Positions 9,973-18,704 are shown, numbered from the stretch's first letter. The stretch is DNA of 26,835 nucleotides from a bacterium (GCA_037137535.1 JBAXKC010000033.1:1-26835), one strand, 5' to 3'. The notes: generated by a model from the sequence alone, not told the origin. Translations and numbers: made by a program.

Positions 9973-10452
9973 TTATTTATCTAATTTATTTTCTAATTCT
10001 GTAATAATCTCAACAATTTTATTCCAATGATTAATGCCTTCTTTTTCAAAACCGCATCCTTCATGGTAAATAGTTTTTTCATGAGGAATCGGGTACATTC
10101 TACATAAATGTGGCCTATCCTCATGGATTAAACATTTTCCAGAAGAACCTACGAATTTACAGTAGAAAAAACTGACTTTATCATTACCATTTAATTTTTC
10201 AATAACTCTATCAACAAAACTTGGTGATATTTCTTTAACCTTTTCTAAGTCATAATAAGGAACAAATATTGTTAAAAAATCCTTTGCTCCTTGAACTTGA
10301 TCGGGGTCAGCAGAAGAGTCATTTATTAAATTTAAGATTTCCTCATAAGACAAACCACCCTTAAATGTTGCAACTAGACAACATTTACCGCACATGTGGC
10401 ATAAATCCTGAGGGAGTTTTAATAATTCTTTAACTTTTTCTACAGCTTCCAT
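9973..10452 (-). CDS. YkgJ-family cysteine-cluster (CxxCxxCC) protein
   Basis: CHMCGKCC...FFYCKF...CLIHEDRPHLCRMYP. Likely start MEAVE at 10452, just after the upstream gene's stop. Confidence 0.85.
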   Translation of the reverse strand: MEAVEKVKELLKLPQDLCHMCGKCCLVATFKGGLSYEEILNLINDSSADPDQVQGAKDFLTIFVPYYDLEKVKEISPSFVDRVIEKLNGNDKVSFFYCKFVGSSGKCLIHEDRPHLCRMYPIPHEKTIYHEGCGFEKEGINHWNKIVEIITELENKLDK

Positions 10453-10457
10453 CTTAT

Positions 10458-11072
10458 TTACCAAAACTTAGAACCAAATCTTTCCCAAGGTGTAATTTTA
10501 CTTTCAATAAGAGCTTTTAATTCATCAATAGTCATATCTCTGCCTGGAACTTTACCATCATCAGATAACATTTCTGCCATATATAAATATTCTTTCAATG
10601 CTCTAATTGTTTTTTTATGTTTTTCTCTTTGTTCAAATTGCCAGCCTTCAAAACCACAACCGGGTGGCATTACTGACCATCCATGCCTTGGAGCTCTTCT
10701 ACAACAACCTGGTCTTTTTTCGTAAATACCACATAAATTTTTATCTGTTATATGAGGACAATAGAAAAAAGTTACATTCTTTTCATCAAAATCAGGCTTT
10801 GTTGCTAATTCTTTTAATACATTATCAATTTGTTCAGGTATTACTTTTCTAGCTTCTTCAATTGATGGAAATGCTTTAAAAATCTCAGTAAAAACAAGAG
10901 CTTCTTCTTCGCCTTCTTTTGCCATTTCTTTTAATTCATCAAAAGTAAATCTTGTTGCAATTGAACGACAACATTTCCCGCAGGTGTTACATAAATATTG
11001 TGGAAATTCATCTTCTTTATAACCATGTTCGTTTAATTCTTCTAATTTACTCTCTAAATCATCAAAACTCAT
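10458..11072 (-). CDS. YkgJ-family cysteine-cluster (CxxCxxCC) protein
   Basis: CNTCGKCC...FFYCPH...CGIYEKRPGCCRRAP. ATG 11072 follows a GAGGT RBS. Confidence 0.85.
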   Translation of the reverse strand: MSFDDLESKLEELNEHGYKEDEFPQYLCNTCGKCCRSIATRFTFDELKEMAKEGEEEALVFTEIFKAFPSIEEARKVIPEQIDNVLKELATKPDFDEKNVTFFYCPHITDKNLCGIYEKRPGCCRRAPRHGWSVMPPGCGFEGWQFEQREKHKKTIRALKEYLYMAEMLSDDGKVPGRDMTIDELKALIESKITPWERFGSKFW

Positions 11073-11120
11073 AAATACCTCACTATTACAGTTATACATG
11101 GATTATACTGTAAATTCCAT

Positions 11121-12527
11121 TTAATTCATAAATTGTGTCATTATCATAATTTTATTGGAATCATTAAGTGTTTGATTGTCAACATGAACTGCGTTTAGTT
11201 GAAGTCTTATATTGTTTTTATGCATGTAATAATTTAATCCTAATGTATATTCGGTTGATTTATCTTTAGTCTGGCTTTTATCAGGATCAAAAATATCATA
11301 TCTGCCTAATACCTGAAGTTTTTGAGGCATTAAATAGAATCCGCTTTGAACATAAAAACCATCTGCTTTTCTTGCGACTACATTAGAATAGCCTTTTTTT
11401 GTTTCGTATTCACCTCGTACAGAAAAACGGTTTTTAATGTATTCACCATATAAACTATTTATATTCGTATCAATTTCATTTTTTAGTACACTATTTGAAA
11501 CGTATGAATATTTACCATTATAATTACCACCACCAACTCTTAAATCACCAAGTTTTTTATAATTAGCAAAGGGTTTCAACACTAACCAACTAGCAAATCC
11601 TAATTTGCTATCATAATTATCATTAGTATTATCTTTATTACCATTAAAAGCACCCAAACTATAATCTAAGTATTTAAAAGTACCGTTCATTTTGATACCT
11701 AAATCTCTATAATTAGCAAAATTTCTAGAGATTTGTGACCTATTTATTGTATCTAATACAGTAATACCTAAAGCTCCTTCATATCCAATAGGTACACGAC
11801 TTTGTCCAATCATTAAGTCTTGCCCCGGATAAATGTTAGTTGAAAGTGTTGCATCGTCAATCATTCCCTTAGCGGTACTATTAAAGGTTCTTGATGGTGA
11901 AATACCTATCAGGTAATTTATATTAGATTTTTTCCCTGTTAACCTGTTGTTATAATCGCTTGCCTTACCGGAGAACCTTAAACCCACATACGGAAGACTA
12001 AAATTAGTAGCAGCACTTGAATTATTACGCTTAAAATCAAAGTCAAATCTATCTTGCATTATTACTTTTATAACATGATTACTACCAAAATCGGTTGTTA
12101 CACTGTTTTTGCAGGATGAATTAAGTTCTGAAACAGCACCTTGAAGAAAAGCTACTTTTTTCTCTGAGTTATCTACTGAATTTTTTAATTTATTTAATTC
12201 CTGATTAAGCTCTTGCTCTAATATTTCAAGTTCAGCTTTATCTGATTCAGTTAAACTCAATTTATTATCGTAAATTTTTTTCTGAATAATGGTAAGCATT
12301 ATTGCAGCATCATTCCTAGAAAACGCTTCATTCGGATTTGAAACCTTTAAATTAGCATTAGTTGCTATTTTATCAATATATTGAATTATCCATTTTTCAG
12401 CACTATTATTCGATTGTGCTAAAGAATCAACCTCCGTTGTAGAAGCGTAAGAACTCATTGTTATCGAAAAAACAGAAATAAGCGTCAAAAATGACAATGA
12501 TAATATTTTTCTATTAACCTTTTTCAT
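11121..12527 (-). CDS. Outer-membrane porin, OprO/OprP-like barrel with N-terminal SLH-like segment and coiled coil
   Basis: Signal peptide; W..QYIDKIA...PNEAFSRNDAA SLH-like segment; heptad region; GQSRVPIGYEG...INRS...RDLGI porin O/P motif; amphipathic beta strands. Confidence 0.75.
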   Translation of the reverse strand: MKKVNRKILSLSFLTLISVFSITMSSYASTTEVDSLAQSNNSAEKWIIQYIDKIATNANLKVSNPNEAFSRNDAAIMLTIIQKKIYDNKLSLTESDKAELEILEQELNQELNKLKNSVDNSEKKVAFLQGAVSELNSSCKNSVTTDFGSNHVIKVIMQDRFDFDFKRNNSSAATNFSLPYVGLRFSGKASDYNNRLTGKKSNINYLIGISPSRTFNSTAKGMIDDATLSTNIYPGQDLMIGQSRVPIGYEGALGITVLDTINRSQISRNFANYRDLGIKMNGTFKYLDYSLGAFNGNKDNTNDNYDSKLGFASWLVLKPFANYKKLGDLRVGGGNYNGKYSYVSNSVLKNEIDTNINSLYGEYIKNRFSVRGEYETKKGYSNVVARKADGFYVQSGFYLMPQKLQVLGRYDIFDPDKSQTKDKSTEYTLGLNYYMHKNNIRLQLNAVHVDNQTLNDSNKIMIMTQFMN

Positions 12528-12602
12528 TTAAATCCTAATTTTTTATCTTATATTAAATCTATTATAAAATAAGAAAAAAATAATAAAAAGAGAAAAGAGG
12601 TA

Positions 12603-12631
12603 TTGATTATTATTTTTTTCTTTGATACTAT
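12603..12631 (+). promoter_or_regulatory. Putative sigma70 promoter of the tRNA pair
   Basis: TTGATT (12603-12608), 17-bp spacer, extended -10 TG-a-TACTAT (12623-12631), 14 bp before tRNA-Ser. Confidence 0.55.
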
Positions 12632-12645
12632 AAATACATAGAAAT

Positions 12646-12736
12646 GGAGAGGTGGCCGAGTCGGTCGAAGGCGGCTTCCTGCTAAGAAGTTGTGTGGTCA
12701 AAAGCTGCACCGTGGGTTCGAATCCCACCCTCTCCG
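12646..12736 (+). tRNA. tRNA-Ser(GCT)
   Basis: GGAGAGG/CCTCTCC acceptor stem, anticodon arm GCTTC-CT GCT AA-GAAGT, long variable arm, GTTCGAATC T-loop. CCA not encoded. Confidence 0.97.
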
Positions 12737-12756
12737 TTTTTTTATTGATTATAATT

Positions 12757-12833
12757 GCGCTGGTAGCTCAGTTGGATAGAGTGTTTGGCTACGAACCAAA
12801 AGGTCGGGGGTTCGAATCCCTTCCGGCGCGCCA
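12757..12833 (+). tRNA. tRNA-Arg(ACG)
   Basis: GCGCTGG/CCGGCGC acceptor stem, anticodon arm TTTGG-CT ACG AA-CCAAA, GTTCGAATC, encoded CCA; 77 nt. Confidence 0.97.
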
Positions 12834-12850
12834 CTTATATAACAAGATTT

Positions 12851-12876
12851 GAGAGCTTTTTTTGAGGCTCTTTTTT
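12851..12876 (+). terminator. Probable terminator after the tRNAs
   Basis: GAGAGCT...GGCTCT stem (with a G-U pair) followed by a T run. Confidence 0.5.
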
Positions 12877-12909
12877 AGTGTAGTTTATCTGGTAATTTTG
12901 GTTGTATTG

Positions 12910-13593
12910 CTGTAATTTATCTGGCAGTTCTGGTCAAAATGCAGAAAAAATAAATAGGCTTTAATCCCTAACGTGTCTATAATACAGGCATGTTTTTTTA
13001 GTTCTGGTCAAAATGCAGAAATTGCCGATTTTCTGCATAAATGGTACTGGTCAAAATGAAGATTTTCTTTAAAGAATATGCCTTAAACCTAAACCACAAG
13101 GGAGTTACACCCTGTTTGCAAGAAAGTGGCAATTTTTTCCAACCGGGAAGAACTCGGAATTAACCTGGAAGCCTTTTTGAAAATTTATCAAATAGTTTCG
13201 GTCAAAATGAAACTTCCTTGTTTTAATCAATGTTTAAGATACTTTTAACCTCTGTAATTTATCTGGCAGTTCTGGTCAAAATGCAGAAAAAATAAATAGG
13301 CTTTAATCCCTAACGTGTCTATAATACAGGCATGTTTTTTTAGTTCTGGTCAAAATGCAGAAATTGCCGATTTTCTGCATAAATGGTACTGGTCAAAATG
13401 AAGATTTTCTTTAAAGAATATGCCTTAAACCTAAACCACAAGGGAGTTACACCCTGTTTGCAAGAAAGTGGCAATTTTTTCCAACCGGGAAGAACTCGGA
13501 ATTAACCTGGAAGCCTTTTTGAAAATTTATCAAATAGTTTCGGTCAAAATGAAACTTCCTTGTTTTAATCAATGTTTAAGATACTTTTAACCT
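12910..13593 (+). repeat. Exact 342-bp direct tandem duplication (12910-13251 and 13252-13593)
   Basis: Both copies run from CTGTAATTTATCTGGCAG to GATACTTTTAACCT and were identical on base-by-base reading. Confidence 0.95.
12932..13551 (+). repeat. Eight GGTCAAAATG motifs (four per 342-bp unit); candidate transposase-binding end sites
   Basis: Motif at 12932, 13006, 13049, 13200 and again +342. The first two extend to an identical 22-mer AGTTCTGGTCAAAATGCAGAAA. Function is inferred. Confidence 0.7.
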
Positions 13594-13758
13594 CCTTTAA
13601 AAATGTTTGTTTTGTCATTTTATTGTATTTATTGAAACTATCTTCTTCAGATTCTTCAATTAAAAATATTGAATAAAATTATTGTAAATTCAGTTCCAAT
13701 ATTCTAACTCCAAGGTAAAATGCTGTTCGGTAATAGAATAACAGGAGCTAAAAACCTT

Positions 13759-14157
13759 ATGACACAATTAAAAGAAGTATTTAAAACAAGAGAAGAAGTT
13801 TGTTTATGGCTTGAAAAACACAAAACCACACTTGAAGAAAAAGTTGGTTTTAGGATGCAGTTTACCAGCGTAGTTGAACTTGGAATCCTTGCAGAGATAG
13901 AAAATTCTAAAGATTTAAAGATTATCAGTATCCCCGATTTTGAATTATCAAATGAAACTCTTGAAACAGTAGAAGGATTTATTAGGGGTGAAATCGGTGG
14001 CGATAAGTATATAGGAACAATAATCCTCGCAGGAAGTATAAATCCAAAACTTGATAAATACTTATCGAAAATTAAATATATTTCAAAAATATTCAGAGCT
14101 TACATTTTAGAAATAGAAAACGATAAGCCTGTATTTAAAGAATATGAAGTGTTATAA
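13759..14157 (+). CDS. Hypothetical protein, possibly a degenerate restriction-endonuclease-like fold
   Basis: ORF with AGGAG RBS before ATG 13759 and its own terminator. LKEVF...WLEKH...LEEKVG weakly resembles the N-terminus of DUF4268/NucS-like nucleases. Confidence 0.65.
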   Translation: MTQLKEVFKTREEVCLWLEKHKTTLEEKVGFRMQFTSVVELGILAEIENSKDLKIISIPDFELSNETLETVEGFIRGEIGGDKYIGTIILAGSINPKLDKYLSKIKYISKIFRAYILEIENDKPVFKEYEVL

Positions 14158-14174
14158 ATTAAATAAAGACCAAT

Positions 14175-14202
14175 AGCTCGAGAGAAATCTCGGGCTTTTT
14201 TT
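14175..14202 (+). terminator. Intrinsic terminator
   Basis: AGCTCGAGA-gaaa-TCTCGGGCT followed by a T run. Confidence 0.85.
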
Positions 14203-14295
14203 ATTGATTCAAAACGGACACAAAAGGCGGAACATATCACCCATTCTGCGAAATACCCTTTATTATGTCAATGACGCATTAAACGAGGTGTTTTT

Positions 14296-16296
14296 ATGAA
14301 GGAAGCCTGGCTTGACCTGAAAACGGTAGCCGAGATAAAGGAAATAACCACAAGAGCCCTGCGATTAGCCATTCAAAAGGGTAAGTACAAAACAAGAGAA
14401 ACAATAACTCAAGGAGGAAAAAGCTTTGAAATTCTTTTATCTTCCCTTGAGCCAAAAGTTCAAGATGTGTATAAAAATACATATTATCAGGAAGTCTTAG
14501 AATTAGAAAAACAAATAATTCCCATAACCAAACTTGAACCAAACAACGAAAACTTTATTCCTGATAGTGCTAAAAAGATTGCCCTTGCAAGATTAGACCT
14601 TCTTAATGAATGGCAAAGTTTTAGAATAAAATACAAGCCTAAACAAGCAGGCGATAAGCTTTTTCTTGATTTATACAACTCGGGTGAATATCTAAAAACC
14701 ATATATGAGCTTCTCGGAAGAACTTCGAGAGGCTCTTTGTTAAGGTGGAATAAACTTTACACGGATTATGAAAGCTGGGAAGCCCTTGCTCCTCAGTATA
14801 AATACTCAGGGTTTCAAGAATACCGAACAGTATTAGCAGAAGAACAGATTGCAATATTTTTAAAACTGCTCCTGCATCCAAATCAGTTCAATATCGGTAA
14901 AGCAATAAAACTTTCTACTCACATACTTGAAAGACGAGGCTCTGAGAATATTCCAAAGCCCATCACATTCAGGCGTTATGCAGAATGGTTTAAAAAGAAT
15001 AATTACGATAAATGGATTTTAATGAGAGAAGGAGAAAAAAGTTTAGTCGATAAAATTTCTCCATATATAAAGAGGGATATTTCAAAACTTGCTGTCGGAG
15101 ATGTAATTATAGCAGACGGACACGTTTTAAACTTCCTTTTAATTAACCCGTTTACGGGTAAACCAGTCAGAGCAACACTTGTCGGTTTCCTTGACTGGAA
15201 ATCAGGCTACTTGGTCGGGTATGAAATAATGATGCAGGAAAATACACAATGCATCGCTGCCGCACTAAGAATGGCAATAATAACGATGGATATGCTTCCG
15301 AAAATCGTTTATCAGGATAACGGCAGGGCTTTTAAAGCTAAATATTTCAGCCAATCCGCTGACTTTAGCGAAGCAGGTTTTAACGGAATATATGAAAACT
15401 TAGGAATAAAGCCCGTTTACGCTAGACCCTACAATGCTAAAGCAAAAGTCATCGAAAGGTTTTTTAAAGAATTTCAAGAAGAGTTTGAAAAACTTGTTCC
15501 AAGCTACAGCGGAAGCTCAATAGAAATGAAACCAGCTCATTTAAAAAGAAACGAAAAATTCCATAAAGAGCTTCATAACAAGGTAAATAAAGGATACGTT
15601 CCTACAATAGAAGAAGCAATTAAATTAATAAATGCGTGGCTTGATTTCAGACACTCTCAACCCTGCCCGAATGATAAAAGCAGAAGTATTAAAGATGTTT
15701 TTGACAGCAGGGAAAAACAAAATATCGATAAAAATAAACTTGATGACCTGATGTTGGCTTATGAAGTCAAAACAATTCACCGTAACGGAATAAGGTTCTT
15801 AAATTTTGATTATTACCACGATAACCTTTATGGACTAAGAGATAGAGTAATGATTAAATACAGCCTGTTTGACCTGACTAAAATCAAGGTTTATTCAACA
15901 AAAGGCGAATATATTTGCACCGCAAAAAGAATAACAGGAACTCACCCTATGGCTTATCATCTCGGTGAGATTAAAGATATGGAAGACTTTAAACAGAAAA
16001 TTCAAAAACAAAAGAAATTTAAGAATAAAACTTTAAAAGCCGTTAAAAAATATCTGCCGAAAGAGGATATTAAATTCCTTGAAGTACAGATGGACAGTGA
16101 ATATTTGGAATCAACACCAGATGTGGAAATAAAAAACGAACCACTAATGATAGAAACTCAAATAAAACCTGTATTTATGAATAATTATGAAAGGTATGAA
16201 TGGTTTATAAAAAATGGATGCTCAACGTCTGAAGACAGGCAATGGCTAGCTAATTACAAACAAAGTGATGAGTATAAATTAATTTATGAGGATTAA
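14296..16296 (+). CDS. Mu/TnsB-like DDE transposase 1
   Basis: N-terminal HTH; catalytic IIADGH, YQDNGRAF, KVIERFF; Mu-transposase C-terminal NGIRF...Y...V.IKY; GAGGTG RBS. Confidence 0.92.
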   Translation: MKEAWLDLKTVAEIKEITTRALRLAIQKGKYKTRETITQGGKSFEILLSSLEPKVQDVYKNTYYQEVLELEKQIIPITKLEPNNENFIPDSAKKIALARLDLLNEWQSFRIKYKPKQAGDKLFLDLYNSGEYLKTIYELLGRTSRGSLLRWNKLYTDYESWEALAPQYKYSGFQEYRTVLAEEQIAIFLKLLLHPNQFNIGKAIKLSTHILERRGSENIPKPITFRRYAEWFKKNNYDKWILMREGEKSLVDKISPYIKRDISKLAVGDVIIADGHVLNFLLINPFTGKPVRATLVGFLDWKSGYLVGYEIMMQENTQCIAAALRMAIITMDMLPKIVYQDNGRAFKAKYFSQSADFSEAGFNGIYENLGIKPVYARPYNAKAKVIERFFKEFQEEFEKLVPSYSGSSIEMKPAHLKRNEKFHKELHNKVNKGYVPTIEEAIKLINAWLDFRHSQPCPNDKSRSIKDVFDSREKQNIDKNKLDDLMLAYEVKTIHRNGIRFLNFDYYHDNLYGLRDRVMIKYSLFDLTKIKVYSTKGEYICTAKRITGTHPMAYHLGEIKDMEDFKQKIQKQKKFKNKTLKAVKKYLPKEDIKFLEVQMDSEYLESTPDVEIKNEPLMIETQIKPVFMNNYERYEWFIKNGCSTSEDRQWLANYKQSDEYKLIYED

Positions 16297-16299
16297 AAA

Positions 16300-17007
16300 A
16301 TGAAAAAAACATTTGTAAGAACTCAAAACGTGAAAAACTTTATTTCACTGATGAATTCTATTCAAAACAAACCAGATGGTGTGCCACGAATGGCTTTAGT
16401 CTACGGAGAGCCAGGGCTTGGTAAATCAAGAACAGCTCTGTGGTGGGCTGTTAAAAACGATGCGGTGTATTTAAGAAGTTCAAATATGATGTCAGGAAGA
16501 TGGTTTTTAGAGGAATTAATAGAAGAATTGGGTGAAAGCCCCCTGCATAAATCATCTGATATATTTAATCAGGTTGTAAATCAGCTAATAGATTGCCCAC
16601 GAACAATTATTGTTGATGAAATAGATTATCTGCTTGCTGATTCAAAGGCGATTGAAACATTGAGAGATATTTACGACAGAACAAATGTACCGATTATTTT
16701 AATAGGAATGGGCAAAGCAAATAAAAAGTTTTCAAGATTTAGACATATTTATGACAGATTTTCAGAAATTCTAAAGTTTGAAAGCTTTGATTTTAATGAA
16801 GTCAGCAAGATTATTGAAGAATTGTCAGAAGCCCAAATGGAGGAATCGGCAGTAAAACTGATATTTAATCAGGCAAACAGATTCAGGCAAATTGTAAGCG
16901 TTATATCTAAAGCTGAAAAACTCTCTAAATCAAACTCTAATCTGCTAATAACAGCGGAAATACTTCAATCGGCGATTAAAGATATTATCGAGGATAAAAA
17001 GTTATGA
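16300..17007 (+). CDS. AAA+ ATPase 1 (TnsC/MuB-like, AAA_22), no N-terminal HTH
   Basis: Walker A GEPGLGKS, Walker B IIVDEID, LRDIYD...PIILIGM; 3 bp after transposase 1. Confidence 0.92.
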   Translation: MKKTFVRTQNVKNFISLMNSIQNKPDGVPRMALVYGEPGLGKSRTALWWAVKNDAVYLRSSNMMSGRWFLEELIEELGESPLHKSSDIFNQVVNQLIDCPRTIIVDEIDYLLADSKAIETLRDIYDRTNVPIILIGMGKANKKFSRFRHIYDRFSEILKFESFDFNEVSKIIEELSEAQMEESAVKLIFNQANRFRQIVSVISKAEKLSKSNSNLLITAEILQSAIKDIIEDKKL

Positions 17008-17873
17008 AAAATCAAATATTAAAAGCGGCAAAGGGCTTGCGGACATTTACCATTGAAGATTTAGAACTTGTAACAGGTTTTGAAGAAAGCGAGATACTTG
17101 AAGTTATTCAAGAAAATAATCTTAAATTTAATAACGGAGTTTATTCTTTTCAAGATTTTAAAGAGCAAAAAAATAAAAAGAAAACAGTAAAAAAAGTTGG
17201 CAAAACAATTCTTTTTAAAACCTTTGCCGATAAATATATTAAAAAACTAACCTGTAAAGAATCGACTAAACAAAGCTATGAGATATATTTAAGACTTCAC
17301 CTCTTACCAATATTCGCCCAAAAAAGAATAATAGATATTGATAAAAATGATATTGAAACTTTTAAAAAGTTAAAACTTAAAGAAGGGTTGTCTAATAAAA
17401 GTATTAATAACTTTATTACTCTGCTTTACGGCATATTTGAATGTGCTTTAAATGAAGATTTATTCTTGAAAAATCCTTGTCAGAAAATAGAAAAACTTAA
17501 AACAGAATCTAAAAAACAAAACATATCGCAGGTACAACTGAATAATCTTCTGAACCTGGCTAAAGAAAAGGATTTTTCTTTTTATCTTATGCTTAAAACA
17601 GCAGTTGAAACAGGTTTATCAAGAGGACAGGTTCTTAGTTTAAAGTGGTGCGATATTGATGGCTCTAAAGTTCTTGATAAAACTATTTCTTTAGATTTAA
17701 TGTGTGAATTAAACAAGTGGCATAAAATTTGTCCGATATATTCTAAAAATCTGATTTTTCCTAACAAGAACGGAAACGAAATTCATGCGGATAATATGAT
17801 AAAACGAAAATTCAAACCCCTTGTTAAAGCTGCAGGGCTTGAATCTTTACGGTTTTTAGATTTAAAACTTTAA
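17004..17873 (+). CDS. Catalytically inactive tyrosine-recombinase-like protein with N-terminal winged-helix-like extension
   Basis: Integrase core-binding domain (STKQSYEIYLRLHLLP...LSNKSINN...NPC). Box I reads TGLSRGQ and box II LRFLDLK, then stop; no catalytic Tyr. ATGA overlap with ATPase 1. Confidence 0.85.
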   Translation: MKNQILKAAKGLRTFTIEDLELVTGFEESEILEVIQENNLKFNNGVYSFQDFKEQKNKKKTVKKVGKTILFKTFADKYIKKLTCKESTKQSYEIYLRLHLLPIFAQKRIIDIDKNDIETFKKLKLKEGLSNKSINNFITLLYGIFECALNEDLFLKNPCQKIEKLKTESKKQNISQVQLNNLLNLAKEKDFSFYLMLKTAVETGLSRGQVLSLKWCDIDGSKVLDKTISLDLMCELNKWHKICPIYSKNLIFPNKNGNEIHADNMIKRKFKPLVKAAGLESLRFLDLKL

Positions 17874-17878
17874 TGTTT

Positions 17879-18574
17879 TTACTCCTGCGGAAGTTTTTTC
17901 CCTTGCCAAACAACTTTGCCGATAACTGCAATACCTGATTCTTCATGAATATCAACTGTAAAAGTGCTGTATTCTGGGTTATCGCTCTTAACTTGTAATT
18001 TATTGCCCGGTCTAAGCTCAAGTCTTTTTACAACAAGCGTATCGTCAAATCTTACAACGAATATTCCATCTTTAATAACTATATTAGAGGTGTCAACCAT
18101 AATGAGATCACCATCTTTAATAGTTGGTTCCATCGATTCGCCTTTTACTTCAAGTATTATAAGGCTATTTTTAGGAGCAAGAATATTTTTATTAAACCAT
18201 TGTTTTTCAAATGGATAATGACCGATTACGGCTTCATTATCTATTATGCAGCCCGAACCTGCGGCAGTTTTTCCGTAATAAATAGGAATATATGTAATAT
18301 TTTCAGGATAAACATTTATTCCTGAATCGTCAGCTAAGAACATAGTACCTTTTCCAGCCACTATATATTCAAGATTTGCTGCTAAATTCTCGTACAATAA
18401 AGTTAAATATTCAACAGATGCTTGTCTTTCGCCCCTTTCATAATTACTTATGGTTTTAGGAGCGATATTTATCATTTTGCTTAATTCATCAATAGTAAGA
18501 GCTGATTGAAGTCTAATATTCCTCAATCTTAGTCCTATTTCTTTTAATACTGTTTGATTTAACTCTTTGCCCAT
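17879..18574 (-). CDS. Prophage repressor, XRE HTH + S24 autopeptidase (CI/LexA-like)
   Basis: IGLRLRNIR...TISNYERGER HTH; AAG cleavage site; VKGESMEPTI (Ser) and VVKRL (Lys). Confidence 0.93.
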   Translation of the reverse strand: MGKELNQTVLKEIGLRLRNIRLQSALTIDELSKMINIAPKTISNYERGERQASVEYLTLLYENLAANLEYIVAGKGTMFLADDSGINVYPENITYIPIYYGKTAAGSGCIIDNEAVIGHYPFEKQWFNKNILAPKNSLIILEVKGESMEPTIKDGDLIMVDTSNIVIKDGIFVVRFDDTLVVKRLELRPGNKLQVKSDNPEYSTFTVDIHEESGIAVIGKVVWQGKKLPQE

Positions 18575-18592
18575 ATTTTACTTTCTTAATGA

Positions 18593-18674
18593 AATTTAAC
18601 CATATGTTCTTATTTATTGACAATAAGCCCAAATGGTAATAATATAATTTTATTAATACCCGAATGGTAATAAT
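18593..18674. promoter_or_regulatory. Lysis/lysogeny switch: early promoter with 2-3 operator-like repeats
   Basis: TTGACA (18617-18622), 17 bp, TAATAT (18640-18645). CCC(A/G)AATGGTAATAAT at 18628 and 18659; weaker inverted copy at 18593-18615. Confidence 0.7.
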
Positions 18675-18704
18675 GAGTAGCTGTGTATAAAGAATATACC
18701 ATAA

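Noticed and set aside
12543-12852. Track ORFs 12543-12728 (-) and 12652-12852 (+)
   Set aside because: They are shadows of the two tRNA genes.
12926-13551. GGTCAAAATG repeats as a CRISPR or mini-array
   Set aside because: The conserved core is only 10-22 bp, spacing is irregular (74/43/151), the spacers recur by block duplication, and no cas gene is in the window.
17004-17873. Active phage integrase using tRNA-Arg as attB
   Set aside because: The catalytic Arg, His, Arg and Tyr are absent, and I found no duplicated tRNA 3' end in the window. A distant attR cannot be excluded.
17874-17878. Mu left end next to the repressor gene
   Set aside because: Only 5 bp separate the two stop codons, and no repeated end motifs were seen there.
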